Shown here: positions 38,661-47,731 of the stretch, piece after piece
How the letters are laid out: each line of letters starts with the position of its first letter
How positions within the stretch are numbered: position 1 is the first letter of the stretch
NCBI GenBank assembly: GCA_964570955.1
Contig: CAZNBS010000002.1
Location: 1-51,838, forward strand
Length of the DNA stretch: 51,838 nt
From: an uncultured Burkholderiales bacterium
GTDB lineage: Bacteria > Pseudomonadota > Gammaproteobacteria > Burkholderiales > SHXO01
Direction of reading: 5' to 3'
The notes under the pieces: generated by a model
Database searches by the model: none
What the model was told of the DNA's origin: nothing
The model's input: only the letters and a program-made list of their open reading frames with translations
Position numbers and translations under genes: made by a program

Positions 38661-40133
38661 TCATGCACGGCGAGTCTCCATCCAACGATTGACGCTCGAG
38701 AACACGGTGGCCTCCGCGCCGTGCGGTCGCCCGACGACCAGCCACAACATCGTCGCGAGGCCGAGGTAGCAGAGCACACCGAGCGCCACCGCCGATACGA
38801 GTCCGGGCAGGTTCGCGGCGGGAGCGCCCGGGGCGACCACGTACCAATGCACCAGCAGCGCCATTCCAAGCGCCGCGGCCAACGGGCGCCATAACACCCG
38901 CAAGAGCTCGTACAGCCGGATCTGCAGCTCCCGCATCACCAGCCAGAAGCTGAGCGGAAGAAAAATCGCCCAGGACACCAGGATTGCGACGAGCGCGCCC
39001 TGCAGCCCGTTCCACATCGCAAGTAACGGCAAGAGCACTACGAGGACGGCTCCCTGAACCGACGTTGCGGCAGCATCAATCCACGGCTTGTTGATCGCCA
39101 GAAACACCGCCGAAGAGTTCGAAAGCAGCACGTGCGCAGCTCCCGCCACAGCGAGCGCTTGTACGACGACGATCGCCTCGAGCCACCGCTCCCCCAGTAA
39201 CACGGGTACCGCAAACGGAGCGACTGCTGCGATTCCCAGCGCGGCGGGAAGGCCGAGCGCCGCAATGAGGCCGAGGGCCGCCAGGTAGTGCCTGCGCAAT
39301 GCGTCCTTGTCATGGGAGAGCTTCGCATACCCTGGATAGACCGCCCGGTCGATGGGCGCAACCAGTTCTGTGGTCGGGAGCCGAGCGAGCTCCGCGCCGA
39401 CCGAGTAAACGCCAACGTTCGCTACGCCAGCGATGCGCCCGAGGACGAACGTCGCGAAGTGGAGCGGGATGAAGTCCGCCAGATTGGTGACCACTACCCA
39501 ACGTGAAAAGCCGAAGAGCTCGCGCCAGTGCTTCAAGCAGAACCGCGGTCGGTACGGATGCGCCAAGTAGCTGAGCGCGACACCCACCGCGACACCGGCC
39601 AGAATGCCGAGCATCAGCGCCCAATAGTTGCCCAGCAAGAACGCAAGAGGGATGGTCGTCATGAACATCGCAAGCTTTCTCCCGCCGAGGTAGAGAAACT
39701 CCTTGCGGAAATCGAGTTCCTTTCGAAACGCAACGACGCCGATATTGTTGAATCCGCCGATCACCGCTACCAGCGCCAGCATCGCCATCAGCGGCACAAG
39801 CCGTGGCTCGTTGAAAAACCACGCCGCCGGAAAAGCGATCAAGAGCAGACATAACCCGTAGAGCATCAGAATCAGCAGCTCGAGAGTCCATGCCGTGTCG
39901 TAATGCTCGCGGGTCGCGCGCTGGTCGCGGATAAGCGCCAGATCGAAACTGAAATCCGCGAAGACATCGAGCAGCGCCGAGATCGAGATCGCCATTGCGA
40001 CCAGGCCGAAATCCTCGGGCAGGAGCAAGCGAGCGAGGATCAGCGTGCTGAGGAACCCGAGCCCACGCTCGACGAATCTGGCGAGAAGCATCCATGCGGC
40101 GCCAACCGCGATTCGCTGTCCGAAGTTAGTCAT
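38661..40133 (-). CDS. Wzx-like oligosaccharide flippase (MOP superfamily polysaccharide biosynthesis protein)
   Basis: 490 aa, about 12-14 TM segments. The N-terminus AWMLLARFVERGLGFLSTLILARLLLPEDFGLVAMA is typical of Wzx/RfbX-type proteins. Confidence 0.88.
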   Translation of the reverse strand: MTNFGQRIAVGAAWMLLARFVERGLGFLSTLILARLLLPEDFGLVAMAISISALLDVFADFSFDLALIRDQRATREHYDTAWTLELLILMLYGLCLLLIAFPAAWFFNEPRLVPLMAMLALVAVIGGFNNIGVVAFRKELDFRKEFLYLGGRKLAMFMTTIPLAFLLGNYWALMLGILAGVAVGVALSYLAHPYRPRFCLKHWRELFGFSRWVVVTNLADFIPLHFATFVLGRIAGVANVGVYSVGAELARLPTTELVAPIDRAVYPGYAKLSHDKDALRRHYLAALGLIAALGLPAALGIAAVAPFAVPVLLGERWLEAIVVVQALAVAGAAHVLLSNSSAVFLAINKPWIDAAATSVQGAVLVVLLPLLAMWNGLQGALVAILVSWAIFLPLSFWLVMRELQIRLYELLRVLWRPLAAALGMALLVHWYVVAPGAPAANLPGLVSAVALGVLCYLGLATMLWLVVGRPHGAEATVFSSVNRWMETRRA

Positions 40134-40484
40134 CCGCGGAACGCTGCTGCCATGAGTGCGCGGTGCGCGCGACGAAGACGCGCGAGCGCGTAGCCCCGCG
40201 ACTCCATACCTCCGAAGAACTCGGCGCCTCCAGCCGCTCGACCGCGCGCCGGCGCTTCCCGATTGGGCGTCGATTCAGTCATTCGCCACAACGAAGCACG
40301 CGCCCATCCGCGGATAGAGCGCGCGAGGCAGCGTCGAGAAAGGCCGCAGCCGCTTCATTTCGTCCTCGATTCAGAGCGAGGCGAATACACCTCGGTCTCT
40401 CGCGTGATCAAGCGCTCGACTTTCTCATGGGCCGGCCTACCGTTACGTGAAGCCGTGCACGCGATCTAAAGGATGTGACCAAAA

Positions 40485-40837
40485 TTTGCAATTGCCGCTA
40501 TCCCAACCGCCCGCTGCCCCTCCAGACGCGGCGCGACGCAGTAGGCCGCAATCTGCGTCGCCGATCGGCAGACGAGCGCCCTCAACGAAGCGCTCGACCA
40601 ACAGACTCGCTGCACACCGGCACCTAGCGTCGACCGATACGAGTTCACGGATTTTGCAATTCACCGCGCCAGCGAGCATCCGCGCAAGCGGACGCTGTCG
40701 ACGGTGTTGCGTTGCTCGCTATGGATCGACACGCGGTCGAACGCTACAACGGCGCGCGTCGAAGCGCGCGCCCGCCGATTCGAGACAGTGCAGTTCTTCA
40801 CGCGCTTCTTCTTTTTGCAATGTTTTGCATTTGCGAT
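40485..40837. promoter_or_regulatory. Three spaced copies of TTTGCAAT(T/G) in a non-coding region (candidate regulator binding sites)
   Basis: TTTGCAATT at 40485..40493 and 40653..40661, and TTTGCAATG at 40814..40822. The last is followed directly by the half-copies TTTGCAT (40824..40830) and TTGCGAT (40831..40837). Spacing is 168 and 161 nt. Each copy sits in a locally AT-rich island between divergent operons. Confidence 0.3.
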
Positions 40838-40858
40838 GTGATCGAGCCACGAATCTGG

Positions 40859-40874
40859 TGGCACGATGGCCGCA
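40859..40874 (+). promoter_or_regulatory. Candidate sigma54-type -24/-12 promoter (TGGCACG-ATGG-CCGCA)
   Basis: 7/7 match to the -24 box TGGCACG, GC at the canonical spacing, and -12 box CCGCA versus consensus TTGCA. About 315 nt upstream of the priming transferase start and about 20 nt downstream of the clustered TTTGCA repeats. Confidence 0.2.
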
Positions 40875-41187
40875 GCTAACGTCGCTGCTATGTCCGCAAC
40901 GCATCGCGAAACCAGATCGGGCGTCGCGCGAGCCGAGGCTCGTTACTGCGGTCGGCGTCGAGCTGAGTTCACAAACCACATTGCGGAGAGAGAAGAATGA
41001 TGCGGAGCCGATTGCTTCCGCGCTCGAGAAGATCGGAAAGTCAGTTCGCTGCGGTCGGGCGGAGGACGCGCGACCGATTCACCGCGGCGCCGCGCGAATC
41101 TCGAGTAGTTCAGGTGCGGCTGCGTTGTCCACGGCTTCGATTCCTGCATCTCGGATCGACGACCGGTGAGTCGGGGATGCGCAATCC

Positions 41188-42567
41188 GTGATCAGCTTCT
41201 CGCGTCAGTACGTCCCGGTGGCGATCCTGGTGCAGGTCGTCATGGAAGCGCTGCTTCTTTCCGCGGTCGTGATCCTCGCGATCAAGCTCAACCCGAACCA
41301 CGACGGTCCGATCAGCCGGGAGACGATCGCACTTGCGATCTTCTTCACGGCGGTTGTGATCCCGCTGAGCGCCGCATTTGGCCTTTACACTGCTAAGCCC
41401 AACCGGCCAACGGCAAGAGCAATCGCGCTGACCGCGTTCATGCTGCTCGTGGGAGCGGGCGCCGTATATGCGGCCTCATATCTGATGCCGCAGGGGCGGC
41501 GCTTGCAGGACGCCCTTGCCGTCGCGATGGTCGTCGCCCTGCTCGGGATCATCGCAATCCGCCAGTTGATGAGGATCGTGATACGCCAGCGGTCCGCGAG
41601 TCACCGGGTGTTGATCGTCGGCACTGGGGCCCAGGCGGTGATGGTGGCAAGCGCCCTTTCCGAGGTCCAGTCGAAGGGGTTCAAGGTGGCAGGCTTCTAC
41701 GCGGCTAACGATGGCGCCGAACCGCTGATCCCGAAGGAGCAGATCGTCGCCGAAGAACCGATTGACCTGGCTGCACGACGCCTCGGTGTGAGCGAGATCG
41801 TTGTTGCTGTTGCCAACCAGCGCGGTGGCGTGCTTCCGCTGCGGCAACTGCTCGAATGCAAGGCGCACGGACTGCGCGTGACCAACCTTTCCGGTTTCTT
41901 CGAGCGCCTTCGTGGCGAAGTGCCCATCGAGACCCTCAAGGCGAGTTGGCTGATCTACGGTGACGGTTTCAAGCAAGGCCGGGCGCGTGCCTTCGCAAAG
42001 CGCCTGACCGATATCTTGGCCTCCGTCATCCTGCTTACGCTCGCAGCACCGGTGATGGCCATAACCGCGCTCGCCATCCTGATCGAATCCGGGCGGCCGA
42101 TACTCTACCGTCAGGAGCGAGTGGGGCGCGGCGGGCGTGCTTTTACGGTGATCAAGTTTCGCAGCATGCGTCAGGACGCCGAAAGGGATGGTGCGCGTTG
42201 GGCGGCGAAGAACGATGACCGCGTCACGCGCGTCGGCCGCCTGATCCGCCGGTGTCGTATCGACGAAATCCCACAGCTCTTCAACGTGCTGACCGGTGAT
42301 ATGAGTCTCGTCGGCCCGCGCCCGGAGCGCCCAAAGTTCGTGGAGGCCTTGACGGCGGAGATTCCGTTCTACGCGCTGCGTCATAGCATGAAACCCGGCG
42401 TCACCGGCTGGGCTCAGGTGCGGTTCCACTACGGCTCCTCCGTCGACGATGCGCGGCGCAAGTTGCAGTACGACCTCTACTACGTCAAGAACAACTCCCT
42501 TGCGCTTGACCTGTGGATACTGCTCGAGACGATCCGGGTGGTAATCCTGAGAGAGGGAGCCCAGTAG
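41188..42567 (+). CDS. Polyprenyl-phosphate glycosyl-1-phosphate transferase (bacterial sugar transferase, PEP-CTERM-locus EpsB-like priming enzyme)
   Basis: 459 aa, GTG start. The N-terminus MISFSRQYVPVAILVQVVMEALLL resembles this family. C-terminal catalytic domain KRLTDILASVILL..., ILYRQERVGRGGRAFTVIKFRSM, PQLFNVLTGDMSLVGPRPERP. Confidence 0.9.
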   Translation: MISFSRQYVPVAILVQVVMEALLLSAVVILAIKLNPNHDGPISRETIALAIFFTAVVIPLSAAFGLYTAKPNRPTARAIALTAFMLLVGAGAVYAASYLMPQGRRLQDALAVAMVVALLGIIAIRQLMRIVIRQRSASHRVLIVGTGAQAVMVASALSEVQSKGFKVAGFYAANDGAEPLIPKEQIVAEEPIDLAARRLGVSEIVVAVANQRGGVLPLRQLLECKAHGLRVTNLSGFFERLRGEVPIETLKASWLIYGDGFKQGRARAFAKRLTDILASVILLTLAAPVMAITALAILIESGRPILYRQERVGRGGRAFTVIKFRSMRQDAERDGARWAAKNDDRVTRVGRLIRRCRIDEIPQLFNVLTGDMSLVGPRPERPKFVEALTAEIPFYALRHSMKPGVTGWAQVRFHYGSSVDDARRKLQYDLYYVKNNSLALDLWILLETIRVVILREGAQ

Positions 42568-42649
42568 GCGGCTTCGTCCCGCACCTCGATTCAAGAGAGT
42601 CTCCGCTTCGGCGGTGAGTCGCAAACGATCCGTGGAGAGAATGCGTCAG

Positions 42650-43930
42650 ATGACCACTATTGCAGTCGTGGGCCTCGGCTATGTGGGGCTGCCACTGGCC
42701 GTCGAATTCGGCAGGAGATACCCGACTATCGGCTTCGACCTCTCGCGCCGAAAGATTGCGGCGTATCGCGAGTGCGTCGATCCGACCGGCGAGGTCTCGA
42801 GCGAGGCATTTCGTGCGGCAGGCGGGCTGACCTGCACCACTGACCCTGGAGCGCTCGCCAGCGCGGACTTCCTCGTGGTCGCGGTTCCGACGCCGGTCGA
42901 TGCCGCGCACCAGCCGGATTTCGAGCCGTTGCTCGGTGCGGCTGAGACGGTCGGGCGAAACCTCAAGCGTGGTGCAACCATCGTCTTCGAATCCACCGTT
43001 TATCCGGGGGCGACCGAAGAAATCTGCGTACCTGCGATGGAGCGCTCATCAGGGTTGCGGTGGAAGGAGGACTTCCACGTTGGATACTCGCCCGAACGCA
43101 TAAACCCGGGCGACAAGCAGCGGACTCTCACCAAGATCGTCAAGGTCGTCGCCGGTGATTCGCCTGAGACTCTCGAGCGAGTCGCGAGCATGTATGCGAG
43201 CGTGGTGCCGGCCGGCGTGCACCGGGCGAGCAGCATCAAGGTCGCCGAGGCTGCAAAGGTCATCGAGAACACGCAGCGCGATCTCAATATCGCGCTGATG
43301 AACGAACTGGCGTTGATCTTTCACCGCATGGACATCGACACCCTGGAGGTGCTGGAGGCGGCCGGCACCAAGTGGAACTTCCTGAGCTTCCGGCCGGGCT
43401 TGGTTGGCGGCCACTGCATTGGCGTAGACCCGTACTACCTTACCCATAAGGCGGAAATGCTCGGGTACCACCCGCAGGTGATCTTGGCCGGCCGCCGTAT
43501 CAACGACGGCATGGGCAAGTACGTCGCCGAGCAGACGGTGAAGCGCATTATCCAGAAGGGGTTCCCGGTCAAGGGCGCAGCGGTAAACGTGCTCGGGCTC
43601 ACCTTCAAGGAGAACTGCCCGGACCTTCGTAACTCGAAAGTGATCGACGTCGTGCGCGAACTTGAGTCCTATGGTGCGGTCGTTCGCGTCCACGATCCGG
43701 TGGCCGATCCCGCCGAGGCGATGCACGAGTACGGGGTGAAGCTCGTCGCGTGGGCGGATCTGCCTGCAGCCACCGCGGTTGTCGCCGCGGTCGCCCATCG
43801 ACAGTTCACCGAGAGAACGGTGGACGATCTCGTCGCAAAGATCGTGCCGGGCGGGCTGTTCGTGGACGTGAAGGGCCAGGCGGACGCCGCCGCGCTTGCC
43901 GCCCGTGGGTTCGCCGTATGGCGGTTGTAG
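42650..43930 (+). CDS. UDP-N-acetyl-hexosamine 6-dehydrogenase (TviB/WbpO-like nucleotide sugar dehydrogenase)
   Basis: ATG 42650 lies 12 nt after the [27 protein letters not shown] Rossmann motif, catalytic [12 protein letters not shown]. Size of about 426 aa, as for TviB-type enzymes. Confidence 0.9.
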   Translation: MTTIAVVGLGYVGLPLAVEFGRRYPTIGFDLSRRKIAAYRECVDPTGEVSSEAFRAAGGLTCTTDPGALASADFLVVAVPTPVDAAHQPDFEPLLGAAETVGRNLKRGATIVFESTVYPGATEEICVPAMERSSGLRWKEDFHVGYSPERINPGDKQRTLTKIVKVVAGDSPETLERVASMYASVVPAGVHRASSIKVAEAAKVIENTQRDLNIALMNELALIFHRMDIDTLEVLEAAGTKWNFLSFRPGLVGGHCIGVDPYYLTHKAEMLGYHPQVILAGRRINDGMGKYVAEQTVKRIIQKGFPVKGAAVNVLGLTFKENCPDLRNSKVIDVVRELESYGAVVRVHDPVADPAEAMHEYGVKLVAWADLPAATAVVAAVAHRQFTERTVDDLVAKIVPGGLFVDVKGQADAAALAARGFAVWRL

Positions 43931-45012
43931 CCATGGCTGTCCCAGAGCTCCTGGGTGCAGTGCGCAGCCGTCTCGCCGGCATTCGAATGCGCTGGCTGAT
44001 CACCGGCAGCGCGGGCTTCATCGGCTCGCACGTCCTCGAGAACTTGCTGCGGCTCGAGCAGAGCGTGGTTAGCCTCGACAACTTCGCCACCGGCCATCGT
44101 TCGAACCTGGACGAGGTCCGTGCGACGGTCGGTCAGGTTGCCTGGCGACGACACCGCTTCATCGAGGGGGACATTCGCGACCCGCTGGCTTGCCAGATTG
44201 CCTGCCGCGACGTCGACGTGGTCGTGCATCTCGCCGCACTCGGATCCGTGCCGCGGTCCCTCGGCGACCCGATCGGCTCGCACGAGACAAACGTCACGGG
44301 ATTCCTGAACGTGCTCTACGCGGCGAAGAATGCCGGGGTCCGCCGCGTAGTCTACGCATCGTCGAGCTCGGTCTACGGCGATGATGCAGCGCTCCCCAAG
44401 GTCGAGAGTAGGGTCGGCCGTCCGCTCTCGCCGTACGCCGTAACCAAGTGCGCGAACGAACTCTATGCAGAGGTGTTCACGCGATCCTATGGTCTCGAGT
44501 CGATCGGCCTGCGGTTCTTCAACGTGTTCGGTACACGTCAGGACCCGAAGGGCGCATATGCCGCGGTGATTCCACGCTGGGCGCGGGCAATCCTCAATGG
44601 CGAACCCGTGATCATCAACGGGGACGGCGAAACGACGCGCGACTTCTGCTACGTGGCGAACGCCGTCCAGGCGGCCTTGCTCGCCGGGACGACGACCTCG
44701 CGTGAAGCACTGACTCGGGTCTACAACGTGGCGGTGGGCGGGCGAACCAGCCTGAACGAGCTCTACCGATTGCTGAGCTCGCTGCTCGCCGAGAAGCACG
44801 GGCACACGCGTGCGGCGTGCCCTCAGTACGGTCCGTTCCGTGACGGCGACGTGCGGCATTCGCAGGCGGATATCGCAAGTGCCGCGCGGCTGCTCGGGTA
44901 CGCGCCGTCGCACACTCTCGAGCAGGGGTTGCGGGAGGCGGTGCCCTGGTACATCGAGCGATTCGCAGCAAGCCGCAACTCGGTGCCAATCGCCTCGCGT
45001 AACATGGCGTAA
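43918..45012 (+). CDS. NAD-dependent UDP-sugar 4-epimerase (TviC/WbpP-like)
   Basis: [14 protein letters not shown] Rossmann motif, [13 protein letters not shown] (YxxxK), and NFATGH typical of the WbpP/TviC subgroup. ATG 43933, 2 nt after the upstream stop, is an alternative start. Confidence 0.9.
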   Translation: MAVVAMAVPELLGAVRSRLAGIRMRWLITGSAGFIGSHVLENLLRLEQSVVSLDNFATGHRSNLDEVRATVGQVAWRRHRFIEGDIRDPLACQIACRDVDVVVHLAALGSVPRSLGDPIGSHETNVTGFLNVLYAAKNAGVRRVVYASSSSVYGDDAALPKVESRVGRPLSPYAVTKCANELYAEVFTRSYGLESIGLRFFNVFGTRQDPKGAYAAVIPRWARAILNGEPVIINGDGETTRDFCYVANAVQAALLAGTTTSREALTRVYNVAVGGRTSLNELYRLLSSLLAEKHGHTRAACPQYGPFRDGDVRHSQADIASAARLLGYAPSHTLEQGLREAVPWYIERFAASRNSVPIASRNMA

Positions 45013-45016
45013 GCGC

Positions 45017-45931
45017 ATGTCGAGGATCCGCAGGTCGCTCGCGTGCGTGGCGCTGACCGCCAGCTGTGCGGCTCCAGCGGTCGGCGCCGAGACGGATGCG
45101 GCATCTGCCGGAACGCGGCGCTTCACGGAACTCGTCGCCCGCGCGATCGCGTACGAGCATGGTGAGGGAGTGCCGAAGAACTCCGCTCTTGCCGCGCAGC
45201 TTTACTGCGAGGCCGCGCGCAATGGCGATGCCGAGGCTCACTTCGGCCTCGGCTGGATGTACGCAAACGGTCGCGGCGTAGCGCGCGACGATCGGATCGC
45301 CGCAACGCTCTTCGTGCTCGCAGCCGCGCAGGGCCACGTCCACGCCCAGCGGCTGCTGGGCTATTTCACATCGGCCGCCGATCGGTTGCCCGAGTGCATG
45401 CGTTTGCCGGTGACTCGGCCCGCCTCTGCGCAAGAGACAGCGGATCCGTTTGCCGAGCTGCCGCCGCGTCTGAAGCCGTTTGCCGATCTCGTCCGGGAGC
45501 TCGCGCCTGAGTACGAGATCGATCCGGTGCTCGCGCTGGCAATCGTCGCGGTCGAGTCGCGATTCCAGCCGCGCGCGCTGTCACCCAAGGGGGCGCGCGG
45601 CTTGATGCAGCTCATGCCTGCAACGGCAAAGCGGTTCGAGGTGCGTGACGCATTCGACTCCACAGCGAACGTGCGCGGCGGCCTGGCTTATCTTCGATGG
45701 TTGCTTGCCTATTACCAAGGACGGCTTCCGCTCGTCCTCGCCGCCTACAACGCGGGCGAGAACGCGGTTGATCGGCACCGCGGCGTACCGCCGTACGCCG
45801 AGACGCGCAACTATGTGCGGCTGGTCCTCGGCGTGGTTCGCGCGTTCGCTCATCCGTTCGATCCAAGCGTGACGGAGCCTTCGCGTTCCATCTTTGGCGC
45901 GGCTCGAGAACCCGGAGCAGCGAGACCCTAA
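45017..45931 (+). CDS. Lytic transglycosylase (SLT domain) with N-terminal Sel1 repeats
   Basis: Signal peptide SLACVALTASCAAPAVGA. Sel1-like AAQLYCEAARNGDAEAHFGLGWMYANGRGV. SLT catalytic region AIVAVESRFQPRALSPKGARGLMQLMP and AAYNAGENAV. Confidence 0.88.
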   Translation: MSRIRRSLACVALTASCAAPAVGAETDAASAGTRRFTELVARAIAYEHGEGVPKNSALAAQLYCEAARNGDAEAHFGLGWMYANGRGVARDDRIAATLFVLAAAQGHVHAQRLLGYFTSAADRLPECMRLPVTRPASAQETADPFAELPPRLKPFADLVRELAPEYEIDPVLALAIVAVESRFQPRALSPKGARGLMQLMPATAKRFEVRDAFDSTANVRGGLAYLRWLLAYYQGRLPLVLAAYNAGENAVDRHRGVPPYAETRNYVRLVLGVVRAFAHPFDPSVTEPSRSIFGAAREPGAARP

Positions 45932-45934
45932 GGC

Positions 45935-45949
45935 GCAGCCCGGGGCTGC
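45935..45949. terminator. GC hairpin immediately after the SLT stop codon
   Basis: GCAGCC-CGG-GGCTGC: 6-bp stem with a 3-nt loop, starting 4 nt after the TAA at 45929..45931. No clear U-tract. Confidence 0.2.
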
Positions 45950-46093
45950 CTGCTCCGACCATGCGGACGCCGTTTGGTGCGCGAGTTATCGTCGAGACAC
46001 CGATCAGTCCGCCCGCAGCGCGCATAGCGCGGCGGGCGCTCGGCGGGCGTTTGTTACGCGTCGTCTCTGATGTGCTGAGCAAGCGACCGCGCG

Positions 46094-46676
46094 TCAGCGA
46101 AAACGCATCGCCGCGAGGTCGGCTTCGAGCGCGGCCAGGCAGCGCCGCCGCCGTGCCGTCGCCGACGATCACGCGTTCGCTGTAGCGGCGCTCGAACAGC
46201 GGATCGGCGCGATCCCGATCGGGGTGCAGAAAAAACCGGATCGTGACGACCGCGGTAGTGTGCCGCTCGTCGCGCGCATCCGCGTAGAGCTCGGTCACGA
46301 GCCCGTCGAGGACGTACGGCGCACCGGCGGGGCTTGCCGGCTCGCGCACCGCCGCGAACAACCCGGCGCGGTCCAGCCACTCGGCCACTTCGCGGGCGAC
46401 GAGATCGCGCGGCGCAGCGAAGAACCCGGCATAGGGGTCGGCCTCGTACCGCAGGTCACCGATGCGGTAGACGAGCGCGCGGCCGGCGTAGGGCGCGGCG
46501 ACGCTGATCAGCCCGACCTTCACGGAGACCGGCTTGCGCACCGCCGCGGGCGGACCGGTCCGGGTCGCTTCGAGTACGAAGGCTTGATGCTCGAGCGCAG
46601 GCCGCGAGATCGCGCAGGCGCCGAGTGCGAGCGCGACTGCCGTTGCAGCCGCAAGGGTCGCCAGTGCGCGCCTCAT
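46094..46676 (-). CDS. ABC-transport auxiliary lipoprotein (PqiC/YmbA-like), apparently frameshifted near its 3' end
   Basis: Lipobox ALALGAC and family-like core to ...FERRYSERVIVGDGTAAAL. The listed ORF then runs on to 45612 as an Arg-rich tail, antisense to the SLT gene (320-nt overlap). A one-nt shift near 46135 instead reads ...LAALEADLAAMRFR-TGA, ending at 46094. Confidence 0.6.
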
Positions 46677-47728
46677 TGCTGCCCCCGCCGGACCGGCGCA
46701 GGCGGTTCGCCGAAGAGCGTGCCGGCGGGATAGCGCCGTGCCGCCTCGCTCAGGTCGCGCAGGTTTTCCGTGGTCTGGCGCAGGTTCGCGAGCGTCGCCG
46801 CGATGTCCTGCTCGCTCGCCGCGAGTGCGTGGTCGAGCCGCCGGGTGACGCGGTCGAGCGCGGCGATCGCCGCCAGCAGCCGCTCGCTGCTCGCGGTCGC
46901 GCGGACCGCCTCGGCCGCCGCGACCACGTCGTCCGGCAGCGTGTCGAGTGCGGGATTGGCGAGGATCTCGCGCAGCCGTGTCGCTGCGGCGGCGGCCTCG
47001 CGGAACGTCGCCTGCGCGTCGCTGCCGCCGAGCAGCGCGGAGAGTCTGCGGTTCGTCTCGCGCAGCTCGGCGAGGAGCGCGGCGCCTTCTGCGCCGAGCT
47101 TCTCGACCGGCAGTGCATCGACCTTCCGGCCGGCGCTATGCAGCAGCGCGTAGATCTCGGCCGCGATCCGCCGCAGATCGACGTCCTCCAGCATGCGCAG
47201 CACCCGCTCGATCTGATTGGTAAACTGCACGAGCTTCGCGCGGGCCGAGGGAATGTAGACGTTGCGCGGCTGCCAGTTGATCGGTAGCGGCGGGTTCAGG
47301 GTGGGCTCGACGAAATCGAGCTCGAGGTAGTTGATGCCGGTGATCCCCTGCGGCGCGACGCGCACGCGCAGGCCCTGCTCGATGTACTGCTTCAGCAGAT
47401 CGGCGTCCGCCCTTCCGAGCGGGCCGAGCTGGTCGACGTTCAGCGTTGCCTCGATCAGCACGTAGGGCTTGCGCTGGCCGAGCGGCTTGTCCTGCTCGTA
47501 GCGCTCGGCGGTGAACCCCAGCCGCTTGACCTCGCCGAGCAGCACGCCCCGATAGCGGACCTTGGAGCCGAGATCGAGGCCCTGCACCGAGTCGTCGACG
47601 TAGGTCTCCATCGTGATCGTGCGCTCGAAGAGCTTGCCCGCGCCCAGCGCGAGCACCATCGCCACCGCGACGGCGAGGCCCGCAAGGACGAACAGCCCGA
47701 GCTTGAAATAGTTTGGCTTAGCGCTCAT
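46673..47728 (-). CDS. MlaD/MCE-domain protein
   Basis: 351 aa. N-terminal TM FKLGLFVLAGLAVAVAMVLAL and MCE domain DLGSKVRYRGVLLGEVKRLGF. ATGA overlap with the downstream lipoprotein gene. Confidence 0.88.
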   Translation of the reverse strand: MSAKPNYFKLGLFVLAGLAVAVAMVLALGAGKLFERTITMETYVDDSVQGLDLGSKVRYRGVLLGEVKRLGFTAERYEQDKPLGQRKPYVLIEATLNVDQLGPLGRADADLLKQYIEQGLRVRVAPQGITGINYLELDFVEPTLNPPLPINWQPRNVYIPSARAKLVQFTNQIERVLRMLEDVDLRRIAAEIYALLHSAGRKVDALPVEKLGAEGAALLAELRETNRRLSALLGGSDAQATFREAAAAATRLREILANPALDTLPDDVVAAAEAVRATASSERLLAAIAALDRVTRRLDHALAASEQDIAATLANLRQTTENLRDLSEAARRYPAGTLFGEPPAPVRRGQQ

Positions 47729-47731
47729 CGG

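Noticed and set aside
40653-40673. Minus-strand sigma54-like element TGGCGC-N6-TTGCA overlapping the second TTTGCAAT motif
   Set aside because: Both boxes are good, but the GG-to-GC spacing is one nt longer than the strictly conserved spacing. It is mentioned in the finding only as a weak possibility and not called as a feature.
40447-41169. 240-aa ORF, the only long ORF in the 1 kb gap upstream of the priming transferase
   Set aside because: The composition is Arg/Ser/Ala-rich with no hydrophobic core pattern, no RBS and no motif. It is treated as non-coding. A decayed gene remnant cannot be excluded without blastx.
43669-45126. 485-aa minus-strand ORF
   Set aside because: It is antisense to the TviC-like epimerase. 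The translation is Arg-rich and without motifs.
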